Positions 52,422 to 62,833 are shown, numbered from the stretch's first letter. The stretch is 64,000 nucleotides of DNA from a bacterium (GCA_965203325.1 OZ241875.1:64001-128000), one strand, 5' to 3'. Notes: generated from the letters alone by a model not told the origin. Translations and numbers: made by a program.

Positions 52422-53108
52422 ATGAAAAGACTCAAGATCCTGATTCTCGGGATGCATCTGTTGCCCCTCTGCGTAGTCACATCCGCCGCCCCCGAAGAAA
52501 GATTTCTCGTCGAAATGAGGGCAATATCCGGTCAGCCCCACATCGTTTTCTCGCGCGGCAGAAAAGTTTTCCTGAGAGGCAAACGCTCAATGCTCCCCGG
52601 CGACCACATCGTCACGAGCGCGAGCTCGCGGGCGCTCGTTCATTTTCGGCGGCGTCCGGGTTGCGAGCTCGTGGTGGAGCCGAACACTTCCTTCGAGTTA
52701 GTGGGCATGAAGCGGGGCGGCGCGTATGCCGCGAGACTGAACAGGGGCACGGTGAAGTGCGGTAAAGCGTCCTGCGGGCTGAGCTTGAGCGTAATGACGC
52801 CCGCGGGAGTGGTACGCGGCAAGGGGGTAGAGTTCGCCCTGAAAGCCTACAGGCACTTCACCACCGTGACCCTCAAAAAAGGGCGAATGCGCCTGCTGGT
52901 CGGCGGACAAGCCGTCCCGTTGCGCGAGATGACGCGCACAACGGTTTCAAGAACAGGGGGGCACCGCATCGCCACGATATACGGCGGCCCCCCCCGGGTA
53001 CCCAGCCTCTTCTCCCCCCTTCCCCTTCCCGGAATTTCCCCCGCTCATACGAAACGCCGTTTCCGAGACAAATACATTTCCCCGGCATCGGTGACGCGAA
53101 GCCCTTGA
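52422..53108 (+). CDS. Secreted FecR-domain-like protein
   Basis: Signal peptide; PGDHIVT, LNRG, VMTPAGVVRGKGVEF, VTLKKG. Confidence 0.65.
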   Translation: MKRLKILILGMHLLPLCVVTSAAPEERFLVEMRAISGQPHIVFSRGRKVFLRGKRSMLPGDHIVTSASSRALVHFRRRPGCELVVEPNTSFELVGMKRGGAYAARLNRGTVKCGKASCGLSLSVMTPAGVVRGKGVEFALKAYRHFTTVTLKKGRMRLLVGGQAVPLREMTRTTVSRTGGHRIATIYGGPPRVPSLFSPLPLPGISPAHTKRRFRDKYISPASVTRSP

Positions 53109-53229
53109 CGAAAGCAACGCTTAAGCCTTACTACATAGCCTGACATATTTCTTTCGCCGAGAACCCGGCGCGGTTCGGCCTGCTCGCCCGGACGCGACCG
53201 GGCCTTTTGCGCGAAACATTTCTTTCGGT

Positions 53230-53306
<77 letters not shown>

Positions 53307-53357
53307 TTTTTACCCATCACCGATGTTCGGATGGCGCATCCGGCGAGGAGGCGAGAG

Positions 53358-54266
53358 GTGGAGCTTGGTTTCATTGGCCTGGGAAGGATGGGAAGCGAAA
53401 TTTGCGCCCATCTCATTCGCGCCGGTCATGAAGTAACAGCTTACGACGTCCGGGAAGAAGCCACGCTGGAGGCCGAGAACAAAGGCGCGCGCCCGGGACG
53501 CAGCCCGGCGGACGTGGCTTCGCGCTCGGAAATCGTTTTCACGTCCTTGCCGCACCCGAACATATCGCGCGAGGTGATTCTGGGTGAGGAGGGAATTCTG
53601 GCGGGTGCGCGCGAAGGCGCGCTTCTGGCGGAGACGAGCACCGTCTCCCCTTCCCTCATTCAGGAACTCGCCCCGGTGGTGAAAGCGCAAGGGGCCGAAT
53701 TGATGGATGCCGCCGTGAGCGGCGGCGTACAGGGGGCGCAGGCGGGCACCCTCACCCTCATGGTGGGCGGCGGCGAGGAGGGCTTCGAGAGGCTCAAGCC
53801 CCTGCTCGCGCATTTCGGAAAGAACATCTTTCACTGCGGCGGGTCCGGCATGGGCATGTTGTTCAAGGTCGTGAACAACATGCTCTCGCACGTGAACCTC
53901 GCGGCGCTGACCGAGGCCATGGCCCTGGGCGTCGCGGCGGGGGCCGACCCCGATTTGCTCTGCGACGTCATCGCCGTCAGTTCGGGCCGCAGCCGCCAGG
54001 TGGAGGACAGGCTCAGAAAGCACATCCTGCCGGGGGAGTTCACGCCCGGCATGACGACCGACCTCGCGACGAAAGACTCCGACCTGTGCCTCGAGCTGGC
54101 CCGCGAGCTTCGCGTTCCCACCTTCATCGCAAGCGCGACGCACCACGTCTATGAAATGGCGATTCAGAGAGGATACGGGGCCGAAGAATACGCCTCGCTC
54201 ATCAAACTCTGGGAGGAATGGCTGGACATCGAGGTGCGCTCTCCCGGCGCCGGGAGGGATTCCTGA
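53358..54266 (+). CDS. Beta-hydroxyacid dehydrogenase (3-hydroxyisobutyrate DH family)
   Basis: GFIGLGRMG, DAAVSGG, LTLMVGG, KVVNN, KD. Confidence 0.9.
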   Translation: MELGFIGLGRMGSEICAHLIRAGHEVTAYDVREEATLEAENKGARPGRSPADVASRSEIVFTSLPHPNISREVILGEEGILAGAREGALLAETSTVSPSLIQELAPVVKAQGAELMDAAVSGGVQGAQAGTLTLMVGGGEEGFERLKPLLAHFGKNIFHCGGSGMGMLFKVVNNMLSHVNLAALTEAMALGVAAGADPDLLCDVIAVSSGRSRQVEDRLRKHILPGEFTPGMTTDLATKDSDLCLELARELRVPTFIASATHHVYEMAIQRGYGAEEYASLIKLWEEWLDIEVRSPGAGRDS

Positions 54267-54328
54267 AATTCGCCGCAGAAGCCTCCCGTGAGATTCACAA
54301 GCCCTCGCCCGCCGCAACGTAAAGGACG

Positions 54329-54889
54329 ATGAAAATGACGCCAGAAGAGATGTTCGATGAGGCTTTCGATTCGGCTTTCGAGGACAGGAAAAACCTGATC
54401 GCCTTTCTGGAGGGAATAGACACCGTCCACGTGCACTGGCAGCCTCCCGACGGCGAATGGTCCCTGCACCAGAATCTCGAGCACATCCTTTTGACGGACG
54501 CGTATTACGCGCGCTTCATCGAGAAAAGGCTCGCCGAAGCGGCGGAGTCCGGCTCGTGGGATACGGCGCCCGACAACCCCGAGAAGATGAGCCGCGAGGC
54601 GCTCAGACGCCGGGAGCAGGGATATGTTCCGGCGCCCGACTTTTTAATCCCGAAGGGCGAAGGCGATTTCCGCGAGATGATCACCAAACTCACCCCCAAC
54701 AGGGAGGCGGTTCACCGGATGATGCTCCCCCACCGTAGCACCGACATGAGCCGCTATATGCATGAGCATTTCCGCTACGGCGACCTCAATATCTACGACC
54801 GCATCGTCTACTCGGGCACGCACGACTATCTCCACCAGGACCAGATGACGCGCGTCCTCAAGGCGCCGGGCTATCCGGGAAGCGGATGA
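54329..54889 (+). CDS. DinB-superfamily protein
   Basis: P..GEWS....LEH, C-terminal HDYLHQDQ His motif. Confidence 0.8.
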   Translation: MKMTPEEMFDEAFDSAFEDRKNLIAFLEGIDTVHVHWQPPDGEWSLHQNLEHILLTDAYYARFIEKRLAEAAESGSWDTAPDNPEKMSREALRRREQGYVPAPDFLIPKGEGDFREMITKLTPNREAVHRMMLPHRSTDMSRYMHEHFRYGDLNIYDRIVYSGTHDYLHQDQMTRVLKAPGYPGSG

Positions 54890-54923
54890 TAAGGCCACCC
54901 TCAACATCTCCCGGAATCCGTCG

Positions 54924-56324
54924 ATGAGCGACTGGACGATTACGTCGCTGCGTGACGCCTACCGCGCCGGTGAAGTTTCTCCCGTCGAAGTCGTCGACGA
55001 CGCCCTCGCCCTCATCAAAAAATGGAACCTCAAGCTTCGGGCCTATCTGCACGTCAGCGAAAGGGAGATGCGCCGGGCGGCACGGGAATCCGAGCGAAGG
55101 TTCCGCTTCGGCGATGAACTCGGGCCCCTCGACGGGATTCCCGTGGCCTACAAGGACCTCTGCCATATCCCGGAAACGCCCACGACTTGCGGAAGCGTGA
55201 TGTTCGAAGACGATCCGCCCGCCGATGCGGTATCGAGCGTCTGGAAGCGCCTCGACGAAGCCGGAACCGTCAACATGGGGAAACTCAACATGGCGGAACT
55301 CGCCATGGGGCCGACGGGACGCAACAAACATTTCGGCGACCCGCAGAATCCCTGGAAACAGGGTTACGTTACGGGCGGTTCGAGCAGCGGGTCGGGATGC
55401 GCGGTGGCCGCAGGAGTGTCGCTGGCCGCAATCGGCACGGACACGGGCGGCTCCATCCGGCTGCCGGCGGCGTTTTGCGGCGTGGTGGGCATGAAGCCCA
55501 CGAACGGCCGCGTGAGCAGACACGGGGGGATGCCGCTCTCGTGGACGCTCGACACCTTCGGCCCGCTCACGCGAACGGTGGCGGACAACGCGCTGGTGCT
55601 CACAGCCATTGCGGGTGCGGACCCCTTGGACGCGAGCGCGAGCACGCGGCCCGTTCCCGATTACACCCAGGTGCTCGGCGAGAGCATATCGGGCGCTCGC
55701 GTGGGCGTTTTGGAAGGCGCGGCGTTGGGCGGCGTTTCCGAGGAGGTGCGGACGGCTTATGAGGATGTGTGCAATGCGCTCGAACGCCTGGGTGCTTCTC
55801 TCGTCCCGATGCCACCTCCCCGGGCGGAAGAGCTCGAAGAACTCGCCAACACGATCTTCAAGTACGAGGCGCTGATGATACACGGCGAGCGTCTGGAGAA
55901 ATACGCGGATAAGGTGACGCTGGAAATTTTAGCGCGCCTGGAAGCCGGGCGCGGGGTTCATTCTGCCGAATACCGCGCCGCGCTCGCGAGGCGAGAGGAG
56001 TTGATCCGCCATTACGCACGCGAGGTGTTCTCCGCCGTGGACGTTCTGGCCGGCCCGACGACGCCCGTGCCCGCGCCCTCGCACGCGCAGGCGCGCACCG
56101 AAGCCGAGGGGCTGATCGCCTCCCTCACGCGCTTCACGCGCTGGGTCAACACCCTCGGCGCGCCCGCCATATCCCTGCCCTGGGGGTTTTCGGGAGACGG
56201 ACTGCCGCTCGCAGTCCAGTTCGTCGGTCCTCACTTCAGCGAAGGCACGCTCTACAGAATCGCCCACGCCCTGGAGGGGGAAAGCGGGGGGTGGTCGAGG
56301 TCTCCTGATTTCAAGTCTTTTTGA
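54924..56324 (+). CDS. Amidase-signature family amidase
   Basis: GPLDGIPVAYKD, GGSSSGS, GTDTGGSIRLPA. Confidence 0.93.
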   Translation: MSDWTITSLRDAYRAGEVSPVEVVDDALALIKKWNLKLRAYLHVSEREMRRAARESERRFRFGDELGPLDGIPVAYKDLCHIPETPTTCGSVMFEDDPPADAVSSVWKRLDEAGTVNMGKLNMAELAMGPTGRNKHFGDPQNPWKQGYVTGGSSSGSGCAVAAGVSLAAIGTDTGGSIRLPAAFCGVVGMKPTNGRVSRHGGMPLSWTLDTFGPLTRTVADNALVLTAIAGADPLDASASTRPVPDYTQVLGESISGARVGVLEGAALGGVSEEVRTAYEDVCNALERLGASLVPMPPPRAEELEELANTIFKYEALMIHGERLEKYADKVTLEILARLEAGRGVHSAEYRAALARREELIRHYAREVFSAVDVLAGPTTPVPAPSHAQARTEAEGLIASLTRFTRWVNTLGAPAISLPWGFSGDGLPLAVQFVGPHFSEGTLYRIAHALEGESGGWSRSPDFKSF

Positions 56325-56536
56325 TCTGGCTTGAGCGCATCGCTAGATGCGTCATGGCGGGGCGCAAGGACCGGTTGGATTCGTACACCGCCGGTTTGCT
56401 CGCGCCCCGGGAGTGGGCGCGCTCTCCTCGTCCTACCCAGCCGCGCATCGACCTCACCCCAAGTAGTGTTCCCCTTCCCTCACCCTGAGTAGCGGCCCCT
56501 CGACTTCACTCGGGACAGGGCTCCGCCCTCCACTTT

Positions 56537-56695
56537 CCTCATCCTGAGTAGCCGCCGAAGGCGGCGTATCGAAGGATGCCTCTCGCACGCCGGAGAGATG
56601 CGCCTTTTGACCCTCCCTCCTCGGTCGGATCAAACCTTCGATACAAACGCTCCTTCATCAGTCGCGCTTGACCTACGCGCCTACTCAGGATGAGG
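56537..56695. mobile_element. MITE-like hairpin element with 15-bp perfect TIRs
   Basis: CCTCATCCTGAGTAG...CTACTCAGGATGAGG; inner GTATCGAAGG/CCTTCGATAC; partial copy at ~56478. Confidence 0.8.
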
Positions 56696-57274
56696 GTGTC
56701 AGGACTTCTGCGAAGCCTGCTGCCGTAACCGGGTTTTTCAACAGCCCCGCACATGCGTCCCTTTGCTTTTGATCGTCATTCCGGCAAACACTCCTGATTG
56801 CGGGAAGGATCAACAACCCCGCGAGGGGCTTTTCAACCCGAAAAGCGAGAGTTTCAGGGCGCATTTGCCCGTATTTGCGGGACGCGCACAGGAGGGGATT
56901 TCGGTATGATGGCGAAGCCGCTCGCTTCGTCCGGGAATATGGAATTTCCGAAAAATTCGATAAAATCAGATAAATTCACGGTGTTTTTCGATAAATTGCT
57001 GAAAATTTTCGAGGGGAAATGCGGGGCGCTGCGGGGAAATGCGGGGGTGAAAATCTCCCGCCCGCAGAAACACCGTGAGGATAACACGGTCCGGCGGGCG
57101 CGTGCGCAACGGCAAATGCGGGGAATTGCGCCGCGGAACTTATGTGGGCTTTATCTAATTCGGATTCCAGGAATCATGCTCTAAATAATTGATATGAAAG
57201 GCTTACATGTATATTCGGAGGGGAATGCGTTTGCTAGAGATGTCAGGTCCAGACGCCCGGCGAGAAAATGAATC

Positions 57275-59137
57275 CTATGAGGTCCCCTCTTCGGTTTGCT
57301 TCTCTTTCTCCCAATCTTTCAGTGACTTGGGCAGCTTGTCCTCATTCCATTTCCTTGTGATTCGGTAGACCTTCCCGCCTTCCCTCAGGTAGAAGAACTC
57401 AGAGCCCGCCTTCTCCGCGAAGCGATACGGGCCCCACGCGCCGTGGCGTACGTCCTTTCCCGAGAGCTCGACGATAAAGTCTTTGAAATCAGGTGCTTCG
57501 CCGGGTTTCGCCTCTCCTTCCCTCTCGAAATCCCTGAGTGCGCCGATGAGGTCTTCCACGTTGCCCGACTCCGCTTCCATCCCCTCGGGGGAGACGAAGC
57601 GCCAGGCTTCGCCGAAGCGCTCGAGTTTCATGGAGGTATTGTTCGGAAAACGCGCCGTAACTTCTGTAATTTCAGTATCTTTCGCGTACCTGAGCAAGCG
57701 CCGCTCGCTCAGGAAATAGGGCGTCTTCGTAATCTTGTCATAATCTTCTTTCTTGAGGGCGAATATGCGTTTTTCTCCCCGGATTCGGCCGTACGCTCTT
57801 TTCTCCCCCTCGAGGAAGCGCCCGATAATCAAGGACTTATCCTCAAGCGGCCCGTCTTCTTTCTTCTTCAGCCAGAGGGTGTAGCGAAGCGGCGCTCCCT
57901 CCCCGTCCGCTCGCGCCAAGCCGTATTTCGACAAGTCGTCTCCGGGGTCATCCACGTAGTCAATCGAATTGATCCACTTGATGTCCCACATGAGGTCATC
58001 CACGTGCTTGTGGCGGCCGATGAGATTTTCCTCCTTCCCATCCGCACCTCTGACGTGGAGGTCCCACTTCTTTTTCGCCTTTCGGAGGATGTCTAGTTTT
58101 TGAGCGTCCGATTCAATCAAGATGCGCTTGACGTGGTCGACGTCATAATCGATGACGGTTTTGTGCCGTAAGGAAAATACGGATTTCGGCAAGTCCTTGA
58201 CCGTTTTTTCATTGATGAGCATTACGGGGCCGCCGGAGAGCCTCCTGGCGTAATAATACGCTTTTGGTTTTTTTTGGCCGCTCTTCGGCCCGGGCGCCTC
58301 TACTTTTCTGTCGCCCAGGATGACGCCGTCTGCGGGTTTTTGCTTGTCTTCGGTGAAAATACGCACAGTGAGTCCTGGTTTATCCAGACCGTAAGGAGCG
58401 AGATTCTTCGGCTTTTCCTCAACGAATCTTTGCACCTTGTCCCATCTGAGAGTAGATACGATGCCCTCCGAATCAATGGCGTCGGCCCTGTCCTCGATGG
58501 GCTTGACCAGCGCCCACTTGTCTTTGCTCTTGCGGACGACGGTGAAACCGCTGCCGCCTTGAGGCTCGACAATCACCTTTTGCGCGCTTTCGGGCATCAC
58601 GGGAACGATCGATCTATCCCGAATGCTGAATACCGTTTTATCGAATTCGGCGATGTCGGAAAGCTGGAGGGTAAAGATTTCCGGGACCTTCGCCAGAGCG
58701 GCATACCGGAACTCGCGCGTGGGGGTTCTGTCCCCAATCTCGACGGAAATATCGTCCTTGTCTTTCAGCCCAAACGTAATTTTCATCCTGGGCTTGTCCA
58801 TTCCAAACTCCGCTCTGTCTTTTACGTCTCCGATGCGCCGACGTTCGCGGAGTTTCGTCGCCGCTTCCAGGAGTTTTTCGAGCGCATCGGAATCGACGGC
58901 AGCGTCAACGGGTTTAACGAAACGCCACCCTTTCTCCGTCCGGATAATCTGGTATGGTTCTTCTTCTCTCGTTACGTCGATTCTTATCAGCGCCTTCTCG
59001 TCAATTCCTTTCAGGAGCTTGACCTTGCGCTCCTCGGCCTCGCGCTCCTCGGCCGCCCATTTCACGTCGTAGACGTAGTACGCGCCACCCAGGACCACCA
59101 AAACCAATAGTAATATGAGATTTTTCTTGGGGTTCAC
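57275..59137 (-). CDS. Multi-DUF4340-like periplasmic membrane-anchored protein
   Basis: N-terminal TM, repeated W..VKP..AD / (F/Y)GLDKP / IG motifs; last gene of Gld-type ABC operon. Confidence 0.8.
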   Translation of the reverse strand: MNPKKNLILLLVLVVLGGAYYVYDVKWAAEEREAEERKVKLLKGIDEKALIRIDVTREEEPYQIIRTEKGWRFVKPVDAAVDSDALEKLLEAATKLRERRRIGDVKDRAEFGMDKPRMKITFGLKDKDDISVEIGDRTPTREFRYAALAKVPEIFTLQLSDIAEFDKTVFSIRDRSIVPVMPESAQKVIVEPQGGSGFTVVRKSKDKWALVKPIEDRADAIDSEGIVSTLRWDKVQRFVEEKPKNLAPYGLDKPGLTVRIFTEDKQKPADGVILGDRKVEAPGPKSGQKKPKAYYYARRLSGGPVMLINEKTVKDLPKSVFSLRHKTVIDYDVDHVKRILIESDAQKLDILRKAKKKWDLHVRGADGKEENLIGRHKHVDDLMWDIKWINSIDYVDDPGDDLSKYGLARADGEGAPLRYTLWLKKKEDGPLEDKSLIIGRFLEGEKRAYGRIRGEKRIFALKKEDYDKITKTPYFLSERRLLRYAKDTEITEVTARFPNNTSMKLERFGEAWRFVSPEGMEAESGNVEDLIGALRDFEREGEAKPGEAPDFKDFIVELSGKDVRHGAWGPYRFAEKAGSEFFYLREGGKVYRITRKWNEDKLPKSLKDWEKEKQTEEGTS

Positions 59138-60822
59138 CGCAGTTGCCTTCTCCTGACGTAGACGGCGGCTCCGATGAGGATGATGAACAACGGCATGACC
59201 CAGACGGTGAACAAGTGAACGAACCGCCCTTCCCCGCCGGCCAATACGAGAGGTTCGCCCGTACGGCTTTTGGGACGAATGCTGATCAGGTCTTTCTCGC
59301 CGCCGAGCCAGTTCACGGTGTTGAGCACGAGATTTACATTGCCCTGGGTGCCGATGAAAGCATCACTCGCAAAATCGGCATCCCCGAACACGACAATCCG
59401 GGCTTCGTTCTTATCGTTGGTTTTCTTATTGGAGACAGGTGTTTTCGAATCATCGGGAGAGCCCTGCCCCTGCGCAAGCTTGTAAAGATCGAGCGTGACG
59501 GTGACGGCGGCTCCTACCGGCACAGGGCCATCTTTCCTGGTTTTCGGATCGAAGTGAAGTTGCCCGTTTTGGATGCCGACGCTCTCGACAGTAAAGCTCC
59601 CGGCGCCCGTTTTGACCAACTCTTCGGAATGAAGCCCCGCCTTGGGCATACCCTTGGCGGAGACCTTTCTCACCGTTGGAAATACAGTAGCGAAACCCTT
59701 CAATTGCCTGGTGATTTCGTGCAGTCCGTAGTTAACGGCGAACGGCGTGATGATATTTCCACCCGCCAATTCAAAGCGAACGGATTCAGGGTCGACGACG
59801 AAAGATTGGGGAATTTCGAACCCGTATCTCTCCAGGAGCGCAGTCAGACGCCCCGGCTGCATATCGGGCTCCAGTAAAACGAGGAGTCTTCCGCCGGATT
59901 TGATGTAATCGTCGATATACTTGATCTCGGTTTCTTCCAACTCTTTTTTGGGGGCCGCGATAATCAACATGCTGGCGTTATCGGGCACGCCCTTTTTTCT
60001 GAGCAGCAGGAGTTCCTCCACCTGGTAGTTGTCATCCCGCATGCCGATGGCCAGCGCCCTCATCGCCTCGCGCCCCTGCCCTGTGAACAGGCGTTCTCCA
60101 TGGCCTGTGAGGTAATATACGCGTTTTTGCTCGGATTGGATCGTTTTCAGTATCGCATTGGCGATCGCGTTTTCTGAAAGGTCGAATATCTTCTCCGATC
60201 GGAAGGTCGGTTTCTTCTCCTGTCCAGCGGAATTCGATTTGTTCTGTTTCTCGGCTTCTTCTTTGTTGAAATGGTGAACCACGACCAATGTGCCATAGGC
60301 GTCTACTTCATACTTCTTGGCGGTTCGCGGGGAGGCGTCCAGGTCCAGAAACCGGAAAGAGACTTGTTGCGATGTCCGGGTATATTGCTCCAAAATTTCC
60401 GTTATCGCAGGTTCTTCAAGTTTGCGGGTGAAGGCGATGATTTCGATCCGCCTTTTTTCTCTATCGAGTTTGTTCAACAGGTTCATGGTTTTCGCGGACA
60501 AGCTGTAGAAATTTCCAGGCGTGACGTCCCAACGCTTGAAGTGTTTTACGCTCACCAGTTCAACGACAACCAAAATAGCTGTCACCACAACGACCATGAG
60601 CGCGACCTGTATGCCCGTTCTGGTCGAGCGGAGCCGAATGCCGCCTTGGAGCTCGCGGCGTGAAATCCACACCGTATACGCGAAACAAACGATTCCCAGG
60701 GCGATGGTAGCGTACGCCCATCGGGGAGGATCGGAAAACTGGTCATGCCCGGCCCAGCCGGATATGCCAATCAGCAATAAGGCGGCTGAGGCGATGAACA
60801 AGTAAAGATTTCTGTTTTCCAT
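59134..60822 (-). CDS. GldG-like ABC transporter auxiliary component
   Basis: RWDVT....YSLS..T, YYLTGHGE, GGRLLVLL, RIVVFGDADF, N.VNWL, C-terminal TM. Confidence 0.88.
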   Translation of the reverse strand: MENRNLYLFIASAALLLIGISGWAGHDQFSDPPRWAYATIALGIVCFAYTVWISRRELQGGIRLRSTRTGIQVALMVVVVTAILVVVELVSVKHFKRWDVTPGNFYSLSAKTMNLLNKLDREKRRIEIIAFTRKLEEPAITEILEQYTRTSQQVSFRFLDLDASPRTAKKYEVDAYGTLVVVHHFNKEEAEKQNKSNSAGQEKKPTFRSEKIFDLSENAIANAILKTIQSEQKRVYYLTGHGERLFTGQGREAMRALAIGMRDDNYQVEELLLLRKKGVPDNASMLIIAAPKKELEETEIKYIDDYIKSGGRLLVLLEPDMQPGRLTALLERYGFEIPQSFVVDPESVRFELAGGNIITPFAVNYGLHEITRQLKGFATVFPTVRKVSAKGMPKAGLHSEELVKTGAGSFTVESVGIQNGQLHFDPKTRKDGPVPVGAAVTVTLDLYKLAQGQGSPDDSKTPVSNKKTNDKNEARIVVFGDADFASDAFIGTQGNVNLVLNTVNWLGGEKDLISIRPKSRTGEPLVLAGGEGRFVHLFTVWVMPLFIILIGAAVYVRRRQLR

Positions 60823-60826
60823 GTTC

Positions 60827-61603
60827 CTAGCCTCTCCACCTGTAGTATTCAAGCGATCTGAGCACGAGGAAACCACATAGGAGGTTGATGTTGACGAGAT
60901 AAATAATGTCGCGCGTGTCAATGATGCCCCGAATGAAATTTCGCAAGTGCATGCCCAACGAAAGATGCCTGAGAATCGAAGACAAGGGCTCGCTGGCCGC
61001 TATCGCGAGAGCTTCCACCAGGAAAGTTGCGAGAAGTATCATGAAGGCAATCATGGCCGCGACGATCTGGTTCGAAGTCCATGAACTGGCCAAAAGGCCA
61101 ACCGAAAGGAACGCCATGCCCGTCAATACCGTCCCCAGATAGGCCGAGGACACGATGGTCCAATCCACCTTGACGAAAGCACTCAGAATAATCGGATATA
61201 CAAGAGTAATCGCCAGCATTATCAAATAAATGAACAAAACGGAGAGGTATTTCCCGGCGAACAATTGTCCGTTACGCAGCGGGAGGGTGAGCATCAACTC
61301 CAAGGTGCCCTGCTTTTTCTCTTCACTGAAAAGGCGCATTGAAAGCAACGGAGCGACGAACAAGAGAATCACGGTGACGCTGGAAAAAACCGGTTCCAGA
61401 ACAGCTGAAGTCGGCGTGATGTTGTACTGTGCGGCCGCCTGGGGGTTTCTGGCCAATTGCATTGAAACGGTGGCATAGGACAGAAAAGCGCCGGAATAAA
61501 AGAAACCCATCAACACCGTCCATGCAGCGAGAATCACATAAGCGATAGGCGAGAAGAAAAACGAGGCGAGTTCGCGTCGGCATATAAAAAAGGTGTTATG
61601 CAT
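60827..61603 (-). CDS. GldF-like ABC-2 permease
   Basis: RELASFFFSPIAYV, MRLFSEEKKQGTLEL, TSNQIVA, RGIIDTRD. Confidence 0.9.
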   Translation of the reverse strand: MHNTFFICRRELASFFFSPIAYVILAAWTVLMGFFYSGAFLSYATVSMQLARNPQAAAQYNITPTSAVLEPVFSSVTVILLFVAPLLSMRLFSEEKKQGTLELMLTLPLRNGQLFAGKYLSVLFIYLIMLAITLVYPIILSAFVKVDWTIVSSAYLGTVLTGMAFLSVGLLASSWTSNQIVAAMIAFMILLATFLVEALAIAASEPLSSILRHLSLGMHLRNFIRGIIDTRDIIYLVNINLLCGFLVLRSLEYYRWRG

Positions 61604-62561
61604 TTACAGTTTCCTCATCGTGCTCCTGCTCCCCGCTCACGATACGAACAAAAAGGTCTTCCAGCGTCAGTCTCATCTGACGGATTTCCGTGAGCTTTCC
61701 CTCCGCCGCGTATACGGCGGCTACCAGGTCGGAGCGAATGTCATCACCGCTTTTTGCGTGCACTTCGAAATGCAATTCTTCCCCTGTGGACGTGCCGAGT
61801 CGTTCTACGCGCGAAACTCCTGGTACAGTTTTCAGTTTATCGGATAGCGTACCGGCGACCCCGGTTGCCGAAAGACGTATAGTGGAGTCCGCTTGCAAGT
61901 TCGCCGCCAAGGCGTCGAGTGCTCCCTCGGCTGCCACTCTGCCCTGATGAATAATCACAACGCGGTCACACACCATATTCACCTCAGGAAGAATATGCGT
62001 GCTCAGAATGAGGGTTCGGTTGCCTTTGAGTTCCGAAATTAAATTCCGGATCTCCACAATCTGAGCCGGGTCAAGGCCTGACGTGGGCTCGTCAAGAATC
62101 AACACCGGCGGATCGCTCACCATTGCCTGCGCCAAACCGACACGTTGACGATATCCTTTGGAGAGATTGCCGATGAGACGGTGGGCGACATCCTCGAGTC
62201 CGCAACTCCCGACCACCCTTTGAATGCCGGCGTCTTTTTCCGCGCCGCTCATTCCTTTCATAGAGGCCACAAAATTCAAATAAGCTCTTACCGTCATCTC
62301 TCTGTACAACGGGTTGTTTTCCGGGAGGTATCCGAGGTTTTTCTGGGCTTCCAGCGGTGATTCCGAGACATTGATGTCCGCCACCCAGGCGGAGCCGGAG
62401 TTTGGCGGCATATACCCCGTCAGAATGCGCATAGTCGTGGATTTTCCGGCGCCATTGGGCCCAAGAAACCCAAGCACCTCACCTTCTTCGACCCGGAAGG
62501 ATATATCTTCCACACCACGCAGGTTGCCGTAATACTTCGTGAGGTTTTCAACCCGTATCAA
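61596..62561 (-). CDS. GldA-like ABC ATP-binding protein
   Basis: GPNGAGKSTT, YLPENNPLY, LSKGYRQRVGLAQA, DEPTSGLDP; TTG start after GGGGAG. Confidence 0.93.
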   Translation of the reverse strand: MIRVENLTKYYGNLRGVEDISFRVEEGEVLGFLGPNGAGKSTTMRILTGYMPPNSGSAWVADINVSESPLEAQKNLGYLPENNPLYREMTVRAYLNFVASMKGMSGAEKDAGIQRVVGSCGLEDVAHRLIGNLSKGYRQRVGLAQAMVSDPPVLILDEPTSGLDPAQIVEIRNLISELKGNRTLILSTHILPEVNMVCDRVVIIHQGRVAAEGALDALAANLQADSTIRLSATGVAGTLSDKLKTVPGVSRVERLGTSTGEELHFEVHAKSGDDIRSDLVAAVYAAEGKLTEIRQMRLTLEDLFVRIVSGEQEHDEETVNA

Positions 62562-62720
62562 CGAAGAACTCCCCAAAAGAATCTATGCAAAATTATTCGC
62601 CGGCATCCAAGCCGCCCTGCTCTTCTTTATCAATCTGAGCGATTCATTTGTGTGATTAAAACATCCCGAAAACTTCTGAGGTGAACAGGAAAACCAATTA
62701 AATTCTTTATTATCAATACA

Positions 62721-62747
62721 TTGGCACTCGATTGCCTTGAGTGCTAA
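62721..62747 (-). promoter_or_regulatory. CIRCE element (HrcA operator)
   Basis: TTGGCACTC-GATTGCCTT-GAGTGCTAA, 17/18 match to TTAGCACTC-N9-GAGTGCTAA. Confidence 0.92.
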
Positions 62748-62750
62748 GAT

Positions 62751-62779
62751 AAAATAATCGCTTGGACTCTTTTTGTCAA
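62751..62779 (-). promoter_or_regulatory. Sigma70 promoter of the Gld-type ABC operon
   Basis: Minus strand TTGACA-17 bp-TATTTT ending 3 bp before CIRCE. Confidence 0.8.
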
Positions 62780-62833
62780 CCATATTCGAATATATTTCTG
62801 CCTCTCGCACGAATTACGGGGATGTCATCCTCG

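Noticed and set aside
57275..62561. Gliding motility role for the Gld-like operon
   Set aside because: Name derives from Flavobacterium homologs; no other gliding/T9SS genes here and the CIRCE points to stress control
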